Assembly (NCBI GenBank): GCA_963791045.1
Contig: CAWBQK010000009.1
Span: forward strand, 224,001-288,000
Origin: Candidatus Latescibacterota bacterium
GTDB taxonomy: Bacteria > Krumholzibacteriota > Krumholzibacteriia > WVZY01
Reading direction: 5' to 3'
Length of the DNA stretch: 64,000 bases
Positions 1 to 10,163 of this stretch are shown here, piece by piece (the stretch's first letter is position 1; each line of letters begins with the position of its first letter). A model generated the notes under the pieces. It was given only the letters and a program-made list of their open reading frames with translations, searched no databases and was not told the DNA's origin. The position numbers were made by a program, and so were the translations under genes.

Positions 1-747
1 CCAACGGTGCATCCGCTGCGAAGCGTGCATCGAGGCTTGCCCCGAAGACGCCCGCGCGCGCTCCAACGGCGGGATCGCCCGCGATGAGGCGCTTTGTGTG
101 CTGTGCGGCACATGCGCCGAAGAGTGCCCCTCGGGCGCGATCGAGATTGTCGGACGCACGCGAACCGTCGACCAGCTGATGGTCGAGATCGAGCGCGACA
201 CGCCGTTCTTCGATCAGTCGGGCGGGGGCGTGACCTTCTCGGGGGGCGAGCCGCTCGGCCAGCCCCGTTTCCTCCACGAGCTGCTCGTGCGCTGCGGCGA
301 ACACGACATCCACCGCGCCGTCGACACGTGCGGTTTCGCCAAACCGGGCGTGGTCCGATCGGTGGCCGGTGAGGTCGACTTTTTCTTTTCGATTTGAAAT
401 TAATGGACGCGGCGGAGCACATCGAACACACCGGGCGTCACAACGAACCCATTCTCGAAAACCTCACCATGCTCTCCGAAATGGGATGCGACGTCCAGGT
501 CCGCGTCCCGATCATTCCCGGTGTCACCGACGGCGCCAAGAATATTAAGGCGATCGGCCGCTTTGTCGCCGGTCTCCCCAACCGCCATACAATAACGCTC
601 CTCGGCCATCATGCGACGGCCATGGACAAGTACCCGCGATTTGGCTTGAGCAGCAGCCTCCCCGGCGGTATCGATTCGCCGTCGCGGGCGGAACTCGGCC
701 GCATCGCCTTCGATCTGGGCGAGCACGGTCTCGAAGTTGCCTATTGA
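1..747 (+). CDS. Glycyl-radical enzyme activating enzyme (radical SAM with ferredoxin-like insert); 5' truncated by the window edge, one frameshift near 385
   Basis: CIRCEACIEACP and CVLCGTCAEECP ferredoxin motifs, GGGVTFSGGEP, DTCG, and DLKLMD...RVPIIPG after the frameshift; directly upstream of a glycyl radical enzyme. Confidence 0.9.
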
Positions 748-766
748 TCCGATGAAAGGACACTCG

Positions 767-3145
767 ATGAACGAGCGCGTCAACCGCTTGAGACAGGAAA
801 GTTACGAGACGCCGGTGACGATATCCGCCGAACGCGCGGAGCTTGTCACGGATTTCTACCGCGAGAATATCGGCAAGCATTCGACGCCGGTTACACGCGC
901 GCTTGCGTTCGAACACCTCTGCCGTCACAAGACCATTCATATCGGCGACGACGAACTCATCGTCGGCGAGCGCGGCCCGCGGCCAAAGGCCGTCTCGACC
1001 TATCCCGAGCTGACCTGCCACAGCGAAGAGGATCTGCGCATTCTCGACAGCCGCGCCCGATGACGCCGTATACGCGTCGCCGAGGACGACCTCGCCGTTT
1101 ACCGAGACAAGGTCATCCCCTTCTGGCGCGGACGCACGATGCGCGAGCGGATCTTCGAGGGGCTCTCCGACGAGTGGCAGGCCGCCTACGAGGCGGGAAT
1201 TTTCACCGAGTTCATGGAACAGCGGGCGCCGGGGCACACCACGCTCGACGGCAAGTTCTATTCAAAGGGGCTCCTCGATTTCAAACAGGACATCGACGAA
1301 CGCGCATCGACCGGCTCGACTTCAGGCGCGATCCGGACGCCGCGCGGCAAGCGCGAGCAGCTCCGGGCGATGGCGATCGCGTGCGACGCGGTGATCCTCT
1401 TCGCCGAGCGTCACGCGGACCTGGCCGACGAGATGGCCGCCGCCGAAACCGAGCCGCAGCGACGGGGCGAGCTCGAACGGATTGCCGCCAACTGCCGCCG
1501 GGTGCCCGCGCATCGCCCCGCGCGATTTCTGGGAAGCGCTGCAGATGTACTGGTTCATGCACCTCGGGACGATCACCGAACTCAACGGCTGGGACGCGAT
1601 GAACCCCGGCCACCTCGACCGGTATTTCTATCCGTTCTACAAGCGCGACCTCGAGGCAGGGCGTCCTGACCGCGAGACGGCGCCAGGGAGCTGCTCGGGT
1701 GCTTCTGGATCAAGTTCAACAACCATCCGGCCCCGCCCAAGGTCGGCGTCACGGCGGAGGAGAGCGGCACCTACAACGACTTCACCAACATCAATCTCGG
1801 CGGCGTGCTGCCCGACGGCAGCGACGGCGTCAACGAGCTCTCCTACCTGATGCTCGAGGTGATGGACGAGATCCATCTGCTCCAGCCGCAGGGCAACATC
1901 CAGCTCAGCCGCAAGAACGCGGATCGGTTTCTTCAAGGCGGCCTGCCGGGTGATCCGGAACGGGCTACGGTTATCCGTCGGTGTTCAACGCCGACGGCGT
2001 TGTCGAACAGATGGTCCGCTGCGGCAAGACGCATCGAGGACGCCCGCGAGGGCGGCACGAGCGGGTGCGTGGAGACGGGCGCCTTCGGCAAGGAAGCGTA
2101 CATCCTCACCGGGTATCTCAACACGCCGAAGATCCTCGAGATCACGCTCAACAACGGCGTCGATCCGCGCACCGGCAAACGGATCGGCATCGAGACGGGC
2201 GACCCGCGCGATTTCGAATCGTTCGACGAACTGTTCGAGGCGTTCGAACGGCAGCTCAACCACTTCGTCGACATCAAGGTCGCGGGCAACCAGTTCATCG
2301 AACAGCATGTACGCCGCGGACATGCCGGCGGTGTTCCTGTCGGTGCTGATCGACGACTGCATCGAGAAGGGCAGGGACTACAACGACGGCGGGCCCGCGG
2401 TACAACACCAGCTATATCCAGTGCGTCGGGATCGGCGACCATCACCGACAGCCTCTCCGCAATTCGCAAGCATGTGTTCGAGGACGCGACCATCGGCATG
2501 GCCGAGCTGCTCGACGCCCTCGACGGCGACTTTGACGACGCGGAGGCGCTGCGGCTTGAGGCTCGTCAACAAGACGCCGCGCTACGGAAACGACGACGAC
2601 TATGCCGACGCGCATCATGATGCGGGTCTTCGACGCACTGCACGACGCGATCGACGGCCGGCCCAACACCAAGGGCGGCGAGTACCACGTCGACATGCTG
2701 CCCACCACCTGCCACATCTATTTCGGCTCGGTGCTCGGCGCATCGGCCGACGGCCGCAAGGCCGGCACGCCGGTGTCCGAGGGGATCTCGCCGGTCCAGG
2801 GCGCCGACCGTCAACGGGCCCACGGCCGTCATCAAATCGGCCGCCAAGATGGATCAACTGCGCACGGGCGGCACGCTGCTCAATATGAAGTTCCTGCCGA
2901 GCGTGCTGGAGAGCGACGACGGGATCGACAAGCTCGCGCAGCTCGTTCGGACCTATTTCCGTCTCGACGGGCACCACGTCCAGTTCAACGTGGTCGATGC
3001 GGACACGCTCCGCGGGCGCAGGAACACCCCGAGGACTACCGCGACCTGATCGTCCGCGTCGCCGGCTACAGCGACTACTTCTGCGATCTGGGCCGGGAAC
3101 TCCAGGACGAGATCATCGACGCGGACCGAGCACCAGTCGTTTTGA
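767..3145 (+). CDS. hypD: Glycyl radical enzyme, trans-4-hydroxy-L-proline dehydratase-like; broken by many single-base indels
   Basis: Stitched frames give YPELTCHS, FTEFMEQRAPGH, KFNNHPAPPKVG, the GGTSGCVE Cys loop, DMLPTTCHIYFG and the RVAGYSDYF Gly loop, matching the HypD subfamily as I recall it; AAGGA ribosome-binding site before ATG 767. Confidence 0.85.
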
Positions 3146-3249
3146 TGCCGGCTCGAAGCGGGGGCACGAAGGACCCGTATCGTCGAATTTTGCAGCATCT
3201 AGTGGATCAGGATTGGGGGCGCTGACCAAGGAAGTGACTCGAAGAACGA

Positions 3250-4108
3250 TTATTTCTTGTAGAGATTCTTAATCGCACCCCATGTTTTGGGCTCGGCCTT
3301 CACTGTAGCGCAACCAACGGGAAGCGCGCCGATGAGGATCCCCGCTGGGGAGATTCCCGGTGCGCACGGGGAGTCGCTCTGCAGATAGAGGTTCCCCGCT
3401 GAGGGACCACAGAATTGAGGATACTGGGAGAAATTGATTTCTGGAAGACAAGAGTCCGAAAGGTCCAATAGATCATTAAAGAAACCACCGATGCACGCTC
3501 CGGCGTTCCTATCCCAAATGATGTTAAACTCGCAATTCAGTCCTCCCGACATATCCACACGGCTGTTTCCAAACAACGTGTTGTTTCGGAGCCACGCATC
3601 GGAGTTTAAATCTGCGCCGACCCCAACCCCATTGCCAGTAATCACGTTATTCGTCACGATAATAGTGGTGCATCCAAAGAGCAAAATCCCGAGGGCCTGA
3701 GATTCATACCAGCTATCGGGACACCAAACAAATCCCTCGATCCAGAAACCCGTGATTTCCGTAGGACCCAGATCGATACCGTAGCAATAAAACGCGCACA
3801 TCGGATTGGTCGACGGGACTGGGACGATTTTCGTTTGAAACGGCCCGGACTCCGAAATCACACTGATCCCACCCTTCATCAAAATGTATGGGGCAATCTC
3901 ATAAGTCCCCGCGGCCACGAGTACGACGTCCCCAGCGACGGCGCTATCCACCCCCGCCTGGATAGTCGGGGCGTCTCCCGTGCCGTCGGGCTACGATGTA
4001 CCAGGTGCGCGCCGAGGACGACGCTACCCATAGCCCAAGGATTAACACGGCAATCCAACCCACCCGCATCACCGTTCGTTTCGAGGCCTCACCAACCGCA
4101 TTATTCAT
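3250..4108 (-). CDS. Secreted beta-helix-like protein with C-terminal TWGAIKxLY motif, copy 1; one frameshift near 3990
   Basis: Signal peptide MNNAVGEASKRTVMRVGWIAVLILGLWVASSSA, ARTWYI.PDGTGDAPTIQAG, NNVITGN beta-helix-type repeats, ends KTWGAIKNLYKK; paralog of 4374..5234. Confidence 0.75.
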
Positions 4109-4373
4109 CTCGCACCCCCTTTGAGTCTTCTTTGCATGCTTTACTCACTTCCACCCGTTGGCAGTTCGATAATCGTCAAACGAGCAGGCCTTCCGTCCCC
4201 AAAAGCGTCCTCCCGAATTCGAAACTCACGAATAGTCTCCACTTATTCTTAAGTGGCAACGATATGTCTGATTCTAGTTGACAAATCAGGGGGAATTTGA
4301 AAATCAGCGGGTCAGTTGTTCCAAATCGATATTGCTGATCGAATGCGGCAATACGCTGGGGAAACCAGAGCCG

Positions 4374-5234
4374 CTATTCCCTGTAAAGATCCTTGATCGC
4401 ACCCCATGTTTTGGTCTCGGCCTTCACCGTGGCGCACCCAACGGGCAGCGCGCCAATGAGGCCATTCTCAGAAACAGGCGAATTCCCCGGCGCGCACGGG
4501 GAATCGCTCTGGAGATAATAGTTCCCTGCCGATGGACCACAGAACTGCGGATCCGCTGAAAGGCTGGCATATGGATTACAAGCATCGGACAAGTCCAATA
4601 CATTGTTAAAGAAACCACCCACACATCCACCTTCGCTTACCCTGTCCCAAATAATATTGAACCTACAGTCCAACGATCCACGCATTAGCACGCGTCCATT
4701 TCCAATCACCGTGTTGTTGTTGAACGAAGATCCGGAATTCCAATCCTCTTGGATCCCAATCGCGTTTCCGGTAATCACATTGTGAGTCACAGTCAGGCCT
4801 GTGCACCCGAATATCATCATCCCGTTCCCCAATTCATACCAGCCATCAGCAGTTTCAACAAATCCTTCGATCCAGAATCCCGAGACTTCCGTGGGCACCG
4901 TGATTCCGTTGAAATAAAACGACGTCATCGGGTTGGTCGACGGATCGGGAACGACTTTTGTCTGCATCGGCCCCGACTCAGACGTTACTGTAATTCCTCC
5001 CTTCATTGCTATCATCGACACGATTTGGTAAGTCCCCGCGGCCACGAGTACGACGTCACCAGCGACGGCGCTATCCACCCCCGCCTGGATCGTCGGGGCG
5101 TCTCCCGTGCCGTCGGGCACTATGTACCAGGTGCGAGCCGAGGGCGACGCCACCCACAGGCCGATGATCAACAAAGCAATCCAACCAAACAGCATCACCG
5201 TTCGTTTCGAGGCCTCACCAACCGCATTTTTCAT
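4374..5234 (-). CDS. Secreted beta-helix-like protein with C-terminal TWGAIKxLY motif, copy 2
   Basis: Intact ORF with signal peptide, APTIQAGVDSAVAGDVVLVAAGTY, DPQFC...LQSDSPC, ends KTWGAIKDLYRE. Confidence 0.8.
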   Translation of the reverse strand: MKNAVGEASKRTVMLFGWIALLIIGLWVASPSARTWYIVPDGTGDAPTIQAGVDSAVAGDVVLVAAGTYQIVSMIAMKGGITVTSESGPMQTKVVPDPSTNPMTSFYFNGITVPTEVSGFWIEGFVETADGWYELGNGMMIFGCTGLTVTHNVITGNAIGIQEDWNSGSSFNNNTVIGNGRVLMRGSLDCRFNIIWDRVSEGGCVGGFFNNVLDLSDACNPYASLSADPQFCGPSAGNYYLQSDSPCAPGNSPVSENGLIGALPVGCATVKAETKTWGAIKDLYRE

Positions 5235-5773
5235 CTCGCACCCCCTTGAGTCTTCTTTGCACAACTTACTCGCTCCCGCCCGCTGGTAGTTCGATAATCG
5301 TCAAACGGGCAGGCTTTCCGTCCCCAAACGCGTCCTCCCGAATCCGGAACACACCGTCGCGAGCCCGGACGAAGCCGACCACAAGGGACGGAGTCGCAAT
5401 CTCTTGTAATATATTATATCGCATAATTTCAGTTATGTCCACCAAGACGGGCCGGTTGTCCCAGCGACTAGGTAAACACAAGCTTACCACAAATTCGGGC
5501 CACCTAACAATTAACTAATGAGAAAAACTTCTCATTAACGGGGAGGCGCGACTTTTTGGCGCAAGGGATTGGCAAAAACGATCTATCCTGTTGTTATAGA
5601 GATAGATACATCATGATGAATGGCTGGTACGGTATCAGGTTTTGGCAGTTTTTGTGCCGACGAAGGATTCTTCAATCGAAGTAACCGTCATTATGGCCGA
5701 AGATAACGAGGATCTTGATGATATTGATCGCCATACTGTCTCGACAAATATGGCGAGCGTTTCACTCCCCACA

Positions 5774-5961
5774 TCCGTCTCGACGGCCACCACGTCCAGT
5801 TCAACGTGGTCGACGCGGACACGCTCCGGCGGGCGCAGGAACGCCCCGACGAGTACCGGGACCTCATCGTCCGTGTCGCCGGATACAGCGATTACTTCTG
5901 TGATCTGGGGCGGGAACTCCAGGACGAGATCATAGGGCGCACCGAGTACAAAACATTCTAA
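5774..5961 (+). pseudogene. Second, diverged copy of the hypD C-terminal glycyl-radical domain (61 codons), with no in-frame upstream start
   Basis: Reads [61 protein letters not shown]; aligns with 2958-3145; in-frame TGA at 5725. Confidence 0.8.
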
Positions 5962-6010
5962 CTAATTGTCCAACAGCACGTTATACTGCGAGGTCGCAAG
6001 CTCTTCGCGC

Positions 6011-6640
6011 CTAGTCGGCGACGACCAGTTTGACGAGTTTGTCGCGTTTGACGATCGATTTCTCGCCAAGCCAGACTTCCCAGAGGACGGTCGCAAGTCC
6101 CACACTGACGATCGGCTCCTGTTCCACGCCTTTTACGGTCGTGAGGAGGACCCCGCCGGGAAGCCAGCGGAAAACGTACTGATCGTTCTCTTCAACATCC
6201 TCTTCAAAATATGTGAGAAATCCGTCGAAAAGAGTTTGTATCTCGACGCGCTCTTCGTCTGAAGCGCTTTTGTTGAATCCGTCGCTGAACGCCTTCTGTA
6301 TCTTCTTGGCCTCGACGCCGCGGGCGAAATCGAGAACGAGCTGCTTGGCGTATTTGTCGTCTAAAACCGCCTCGAATGCCGCGTCCTTGTCATCGAAAAC
6401 GGCCGAGTGCTCGGCGTCCAGGTAGTGGGCCACACCGTACACCTTGAAGACCGCTTTCTTGCGCGCGGCGACACCGGTCAGGTTCAGAGTGTACTCTCCA
6501 CCGTCATGTTCGAACGCCACCGTGACGGGAAAGAACTTCCCCGTGGCCGTTTCCTCGACGGTGTCCTCGGGTCCCGCCGACACGGGCAGACAAAACGCGG
6601 CGACCGTCAATACGAACACAAAAAATAGCGTGGATTTCAT
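6011..6640 (-). CDS. Chalcone isomerase-like family secreted protein
   Basis: Signal peptide; LNLTGVAARKKAVFKVYGVAHYL and LWEVWLGEKSI patterns typical of bacterial CHI-like proteins. Confidence 0.75.
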   Translation of the reverse strand: MKSTLFFVFVLTVAAFCLPVSAGPEDTVEETATGKFFPVTVAFEHDGGEYTLNLTGVAARKKAVFKVYGVAHYLDAEHSAVFDDKDAAFEAVLDDKYAKQLVLDFARGVEAKKIQKAFSDGFNKSASDEERVEIQTLFDGFLTYFEEDVEENDQYVFRWLPGGVLLTTVKGVEQEPIVSVGLATVLWEVWLGEKSIVKRDKLVKLVVAD

Positions 6641-6812
6641 GGTGAACCCCTCCGTGTGTATCAGCCGTGGGCCAGGAACCGTTTCCACCAGAAGAATGGC
6701 ACACGCGCGCCCCGGGCGTCAACTCGCGTAACGCCCCGAGGATGGTTTGCCAGAAAACGCGACTGTGATACAATGAATCTCTTCGCTTCACGCCGAACAA
6801 AGGATTTGCGGG

Positions 6813-8811
6813 TTGTCAAAAAATCGCCTGATAATTGCCGTCATTGTTGTCGTCGTCATCGCCGCCGTGTTCGCCATTCTCAAAACGGGTGTGTTCGGCC
6901 CTTCGGCGCAGACGTTTCATTTCGAGTCCATGGACGACTTTCTCGGCGCGAAACGCGGCGCTGCGGATGACGACCACCAGGTCGTTATGATCGGTCTCGA
7001 TGGCGCGTCGTGGACGATTATCGATTCGATGATTGCCGATGGAAAACTCCCTACAATAGAACGGCTCAAACGCGAGGGCGCATCGGGGATCCTGCGCTCC
7101 GTGGACTGCTATTTCACGCCGCCCGCGTGGACATCGATGTTGACCGGGTTTCTTCCCCAGCACACCGGTGTTTACACATTTGGCAAGTGGAGCACGGGAA
7201 AACGGCGATTCGACGCCGTCTCCGTCCTCGATGTCGAGGTTCCCTTTGTGTGGGACGTCGCGTCGGCGGCCGGCCGGCGGGTGGGGGTCACCAACGTTCC
7301 GGTGACGTACCCCACGTACTCGGTGAACGGGATCATGGTGGGCGGACTCATGTCGCCCCTCGTCTATGACAACTGGAAGGACCCGCGCACGGTGAGTTTC
7401 CGCAAGTGGAGCGGAACCGCCGGTGTGCCCAATGACCGCCGCACGTTCTCCACGCCGCTCGTGGCGAAGGCCGCCGCACACTCGGCGCCGATTCTGTTTG
7501 TGCTCTACGACACCACGGACGACCGCACGGAAAACTACGACACGGTCGCGATGAGGGTCTACCGCCCCGGTGTCGTCGACTTCGGGCTGAACGTACAGCC
7601 GGCGATCTTCCCCCTCGGCGAGTATTCGCCGTGGGTTTCATTCGAGTGCCGCAAAGAGAGGCGAGGCGCGACGGAAACGGTTCTTGGCTGTGTCCAGGTC
7701 GAGCTTGCCGCTCCTGTACCGAGCCGCCCGGGACGGAAGGGGACGCTCTATTTCGCGCCGTTCCACCGCCTGCCGACCGATCCAAAACTCGCGCTCACCT
7801 ACCCCGTATCCCTCGCCGCGGACATCGAGAAACGTTTTGGCAAATACATCATATCGCTCGGATCGCATGCCGACCTCGTCGCCGACCAGATGGGCACGCT
7901 CACCGGGTTTGCCGATTATTTTTATGACTTCAGTGACTGGGATCTTTTTCTCTATGTGTTCCAGGCGCCGGACAACGTCCAGCACCGCGTGGGTTTCGGG
8001 GATGAAGCGGAACGGGTCTATCAAAGCCTCGATGATTTCCTCGCCCGGCTGATCGACCGCCTGCGCGAGGATGTGACGCTTGTCATCACATCAGACCATG
8101 GGTTTGCCGACTACGATTACATCATCGACTTCAATTACTTCCTCGAGACCATCGGTCTCATCCCCAACGCGAACCGGGTCAATTTCAAAACGGCGTTCGC
8201 GTTTGCCAATGAGTGGTGCCTGTATTTCAATGACGACCTCCTCACTACCGAAGAGCTGGCCGGTGTGGGGATCGAAGTCCCCTCCGGCTCAACACCGCGC
8301 GCGACACTCATCAATTATATAAGAGAACGCGCCGCGCAGATCACACACCCCGACACGGGACAGCCGATGCCCATCGAGCTCATCGACATCCCACAGGATG
8401 GGCAGGGTGTGCCGCCCGACATGGTCATCACCGGCACGTACTCCAACTATCTTGTCGAGGGCAACGACATCGAAATGAAATCGCGCCAGGTCGTCCGCGA
8501 CGCCCCCGCGTACCCGTATCACCACCGCGACGGTGTGTATCTCTTCTGGGGACCGAGGATCGCGGCGGGCTCTTACGCGGGAGTGACCAACATAGAGAAC
8601 ATCGCCCCGACGATGCTCTACCTCATGGGGCTTCCTCTCGACCCATCGATGGACGGATCGGTCATCAGTGAAATCATCAAGCCGGAATTCGCCGGTGACC
8701 CGCCGTTCACAATCGACGACTACAAAACTCTCCGACCGTCCATAACCTAACGATGAAGAGGATCGCGAAGGGCTCGAGGAGATGCTGCGGAGCATCGGTT
8801 ACATTCAGTGA
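6813..8811 (+). CDS. AlkP-superfamily (type I phosphodiesterase/nucleotide pyrophosphatase-like) membrane-anchored protein; probable frameshift near 8745
   Basis: IGLDGASW, FTPPAWTS (Thr nucleophile), SDHGF, HHRDG, IAPTMLYLMG; shifted frame continues EDREGLEEMLRSIGYIQ*. Confidence 0.8.
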
Positions 8812-8874
8812 TCGGTCGCGGCAAGTTTCGAAGACCGTGATCACTCGCCGGGTTGATAGCTTTCGTCCGATCCG

Positions 8875-8900
8875 TGTAACCTCGAAGACCCCGCCTCGTC
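8875..8900 (+). promoter_or_regulatory. Putative ECF sigma promoter TGTAAC-N16-CGTC
   Basis: TGTAAC ctcgaagaccccgcct CGTC; same motif and spacing as 37375-37400 and 40059-40084. Confidence 0.55.
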
Positions 8901-9045
8901 TCATCGGATAAGCAAGTCACAACAGCACATTCTCGGGACGCTACGTGTTCCGAAAAATGAATCCACAGGCGCGGAGCCCCGGCCTCGTTATGTCTTGCAT
9001 AAGAGGTATGATTTGATAGGGTTATAAGCGAGAGGAAGATCTGAT

Positions 9046-9354
9046 ATGCAACGAACTCTGTTGATTCTGACAGTGTTGGCATTCGCCATGACGCTCGGAG
9101 TGTTACCGGCATCGGCGGATAACGACGGGCGTGATCATTCTTTCAGTTGGTTTCGTGATGCCGACGGTGACGGCATTCCCAACTGCCTCGACGAGGATTG
9201 GGTCCGGCCCGAGAATGGCATGGGCTATATGCCGCGGCACGGCTTCGGAACGTTATTCCCCGTGACGATGACGGCGGGTGGCGGCAAAGTCCAACATAAG
9301 CACCATCTGCAGTATCAGCAGCGCAAAAAGAAGCCCGCTACGATAACCCCGTAG
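9046..9354 (+). CDS. Small secreted hypothetical protein with DADGDGIPN (Ca-binding-like) motif
   Basis: GAGGA ribosome-binding site, signal peptide ending PASA, DADGDGIPNCLDED. Confidence 0.65.
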   Translation: MQRTLLILTVLAFAMTLGVLPASADNDGRDHSFSWFRDADGDGIPNCLDEDWVRPENGMGYMPRHGFGTLFPVTMTAGGGKVQHKHHLQYQQRKKKPATITP

Positions 9355-9407
9355 CGGACACAAGAGCCGGACAGCGAAGGCTCAGCCGGTTGTTTGAAAA
9401 AGAAGCG

Positions 9408-9454
9408 AAGCCCTCGGCGTCGCCGCAACAGCGGCACGCCGAGGGCTTTTTTTT
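9408..9454 (+). terminator. Intrinsic terminator
   Basis: AAGCCCTCGGCGT...ACGCCGAGGGCTT followed by a T run, between convergent genes. Confidence 0.75.
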
Positions 9455-9489
9455 CTCCGGCATGAACCTGAATGGAGTACCTGTTACAT

Positions 9490-10145
9490 TCAATGACCGG
9501 ATGCCGCCATTTCGAGGATGCTGAATCACCGGCGCTGCGTCGGCCAGTTCGACAAGCGTTTCACCTACCAGATCAGTCTCAACGGTTTCCGAAGGACAGT
9601 AAACAACCATCCAGCCGCGCCGCGTGTCATCGGTGACTTTGACGCGTTCGTTCCCCGTAATAGGCGTGTCGAGCGGTCCCTGCGCGTCGCAAAGAAGCGG
9701 CTTTCCCTCGAGATTGATCGGCCCGCGGAGTGAGATGTAGCTTTCGCCGGGCGCACCCGCGCGAAAGGCATAGGGTGGCTCGAACGTTCCCTCGGCCATC
9801 ACGCAGCACGGGACTGCGAGCTCGGCGGACGAGACAGTTGTTGATATCGACAAAGGGATGGATCAAAGGAAGGTCTTCGCCTTTGACGAGACGCCGGAGA
9901 AGCGCCTCGGATGACGGCCGGTAACGAGTCGGATCGGTTCCCGCCCGGCGGAAGAGCTTTCGAAGCGCCGTGACCGTGGGATCGTCGGTAAGCGCGCTTC
10001 CCTCGTAACGGGCGCGGACACGCCGCGCAACATCGTCGAGAAGATGCGGGAGCTGGTCCTGGCCGGCGTCGGTCAGTTCAACGTCGGCCCAGAAAAGCAT
10101 CCAGCCCTCGAGTTCAAAGCGAACATCAAACGAAGGTGTTTTCAT
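9490..10145 (-). CDS. B3/4 domain (PheRS beta-like, tRNA-editing) protein; frameshifted
   Basis: GTDPTRYRPSSEALLRR, IHPFVDINN, LLCDAQGPLDTPI; 3' end approximate. Confidence 0.75.
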
Positions 10146-10163
10146 TGTGGAACCTCAACCGTG

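Larger units (their letters stand above)
3250..5349. repeat. Tandem duplication of a ~1 kb unit (about 3250-4224 and 4374-5349)
   Basis: Near-identical DNA at both gene ends and in ~115 bp upstream of each start codon, with a divergent middle. Confidence 0.85.

Noticed and set aside
1055-1075. In-frame TGA in hypD as selenocysteine or readthrough
   Set aside because: Homology resumes in a different frame, so this is an indel rather than a recoded stop.
3250-5961. Diversity-generating retroelement or integron explaining the duplications
   Set aside because: No reverse transcriptase or integrase in the window, the differences are not adenine-specific, and I could not identify attC-like sites.
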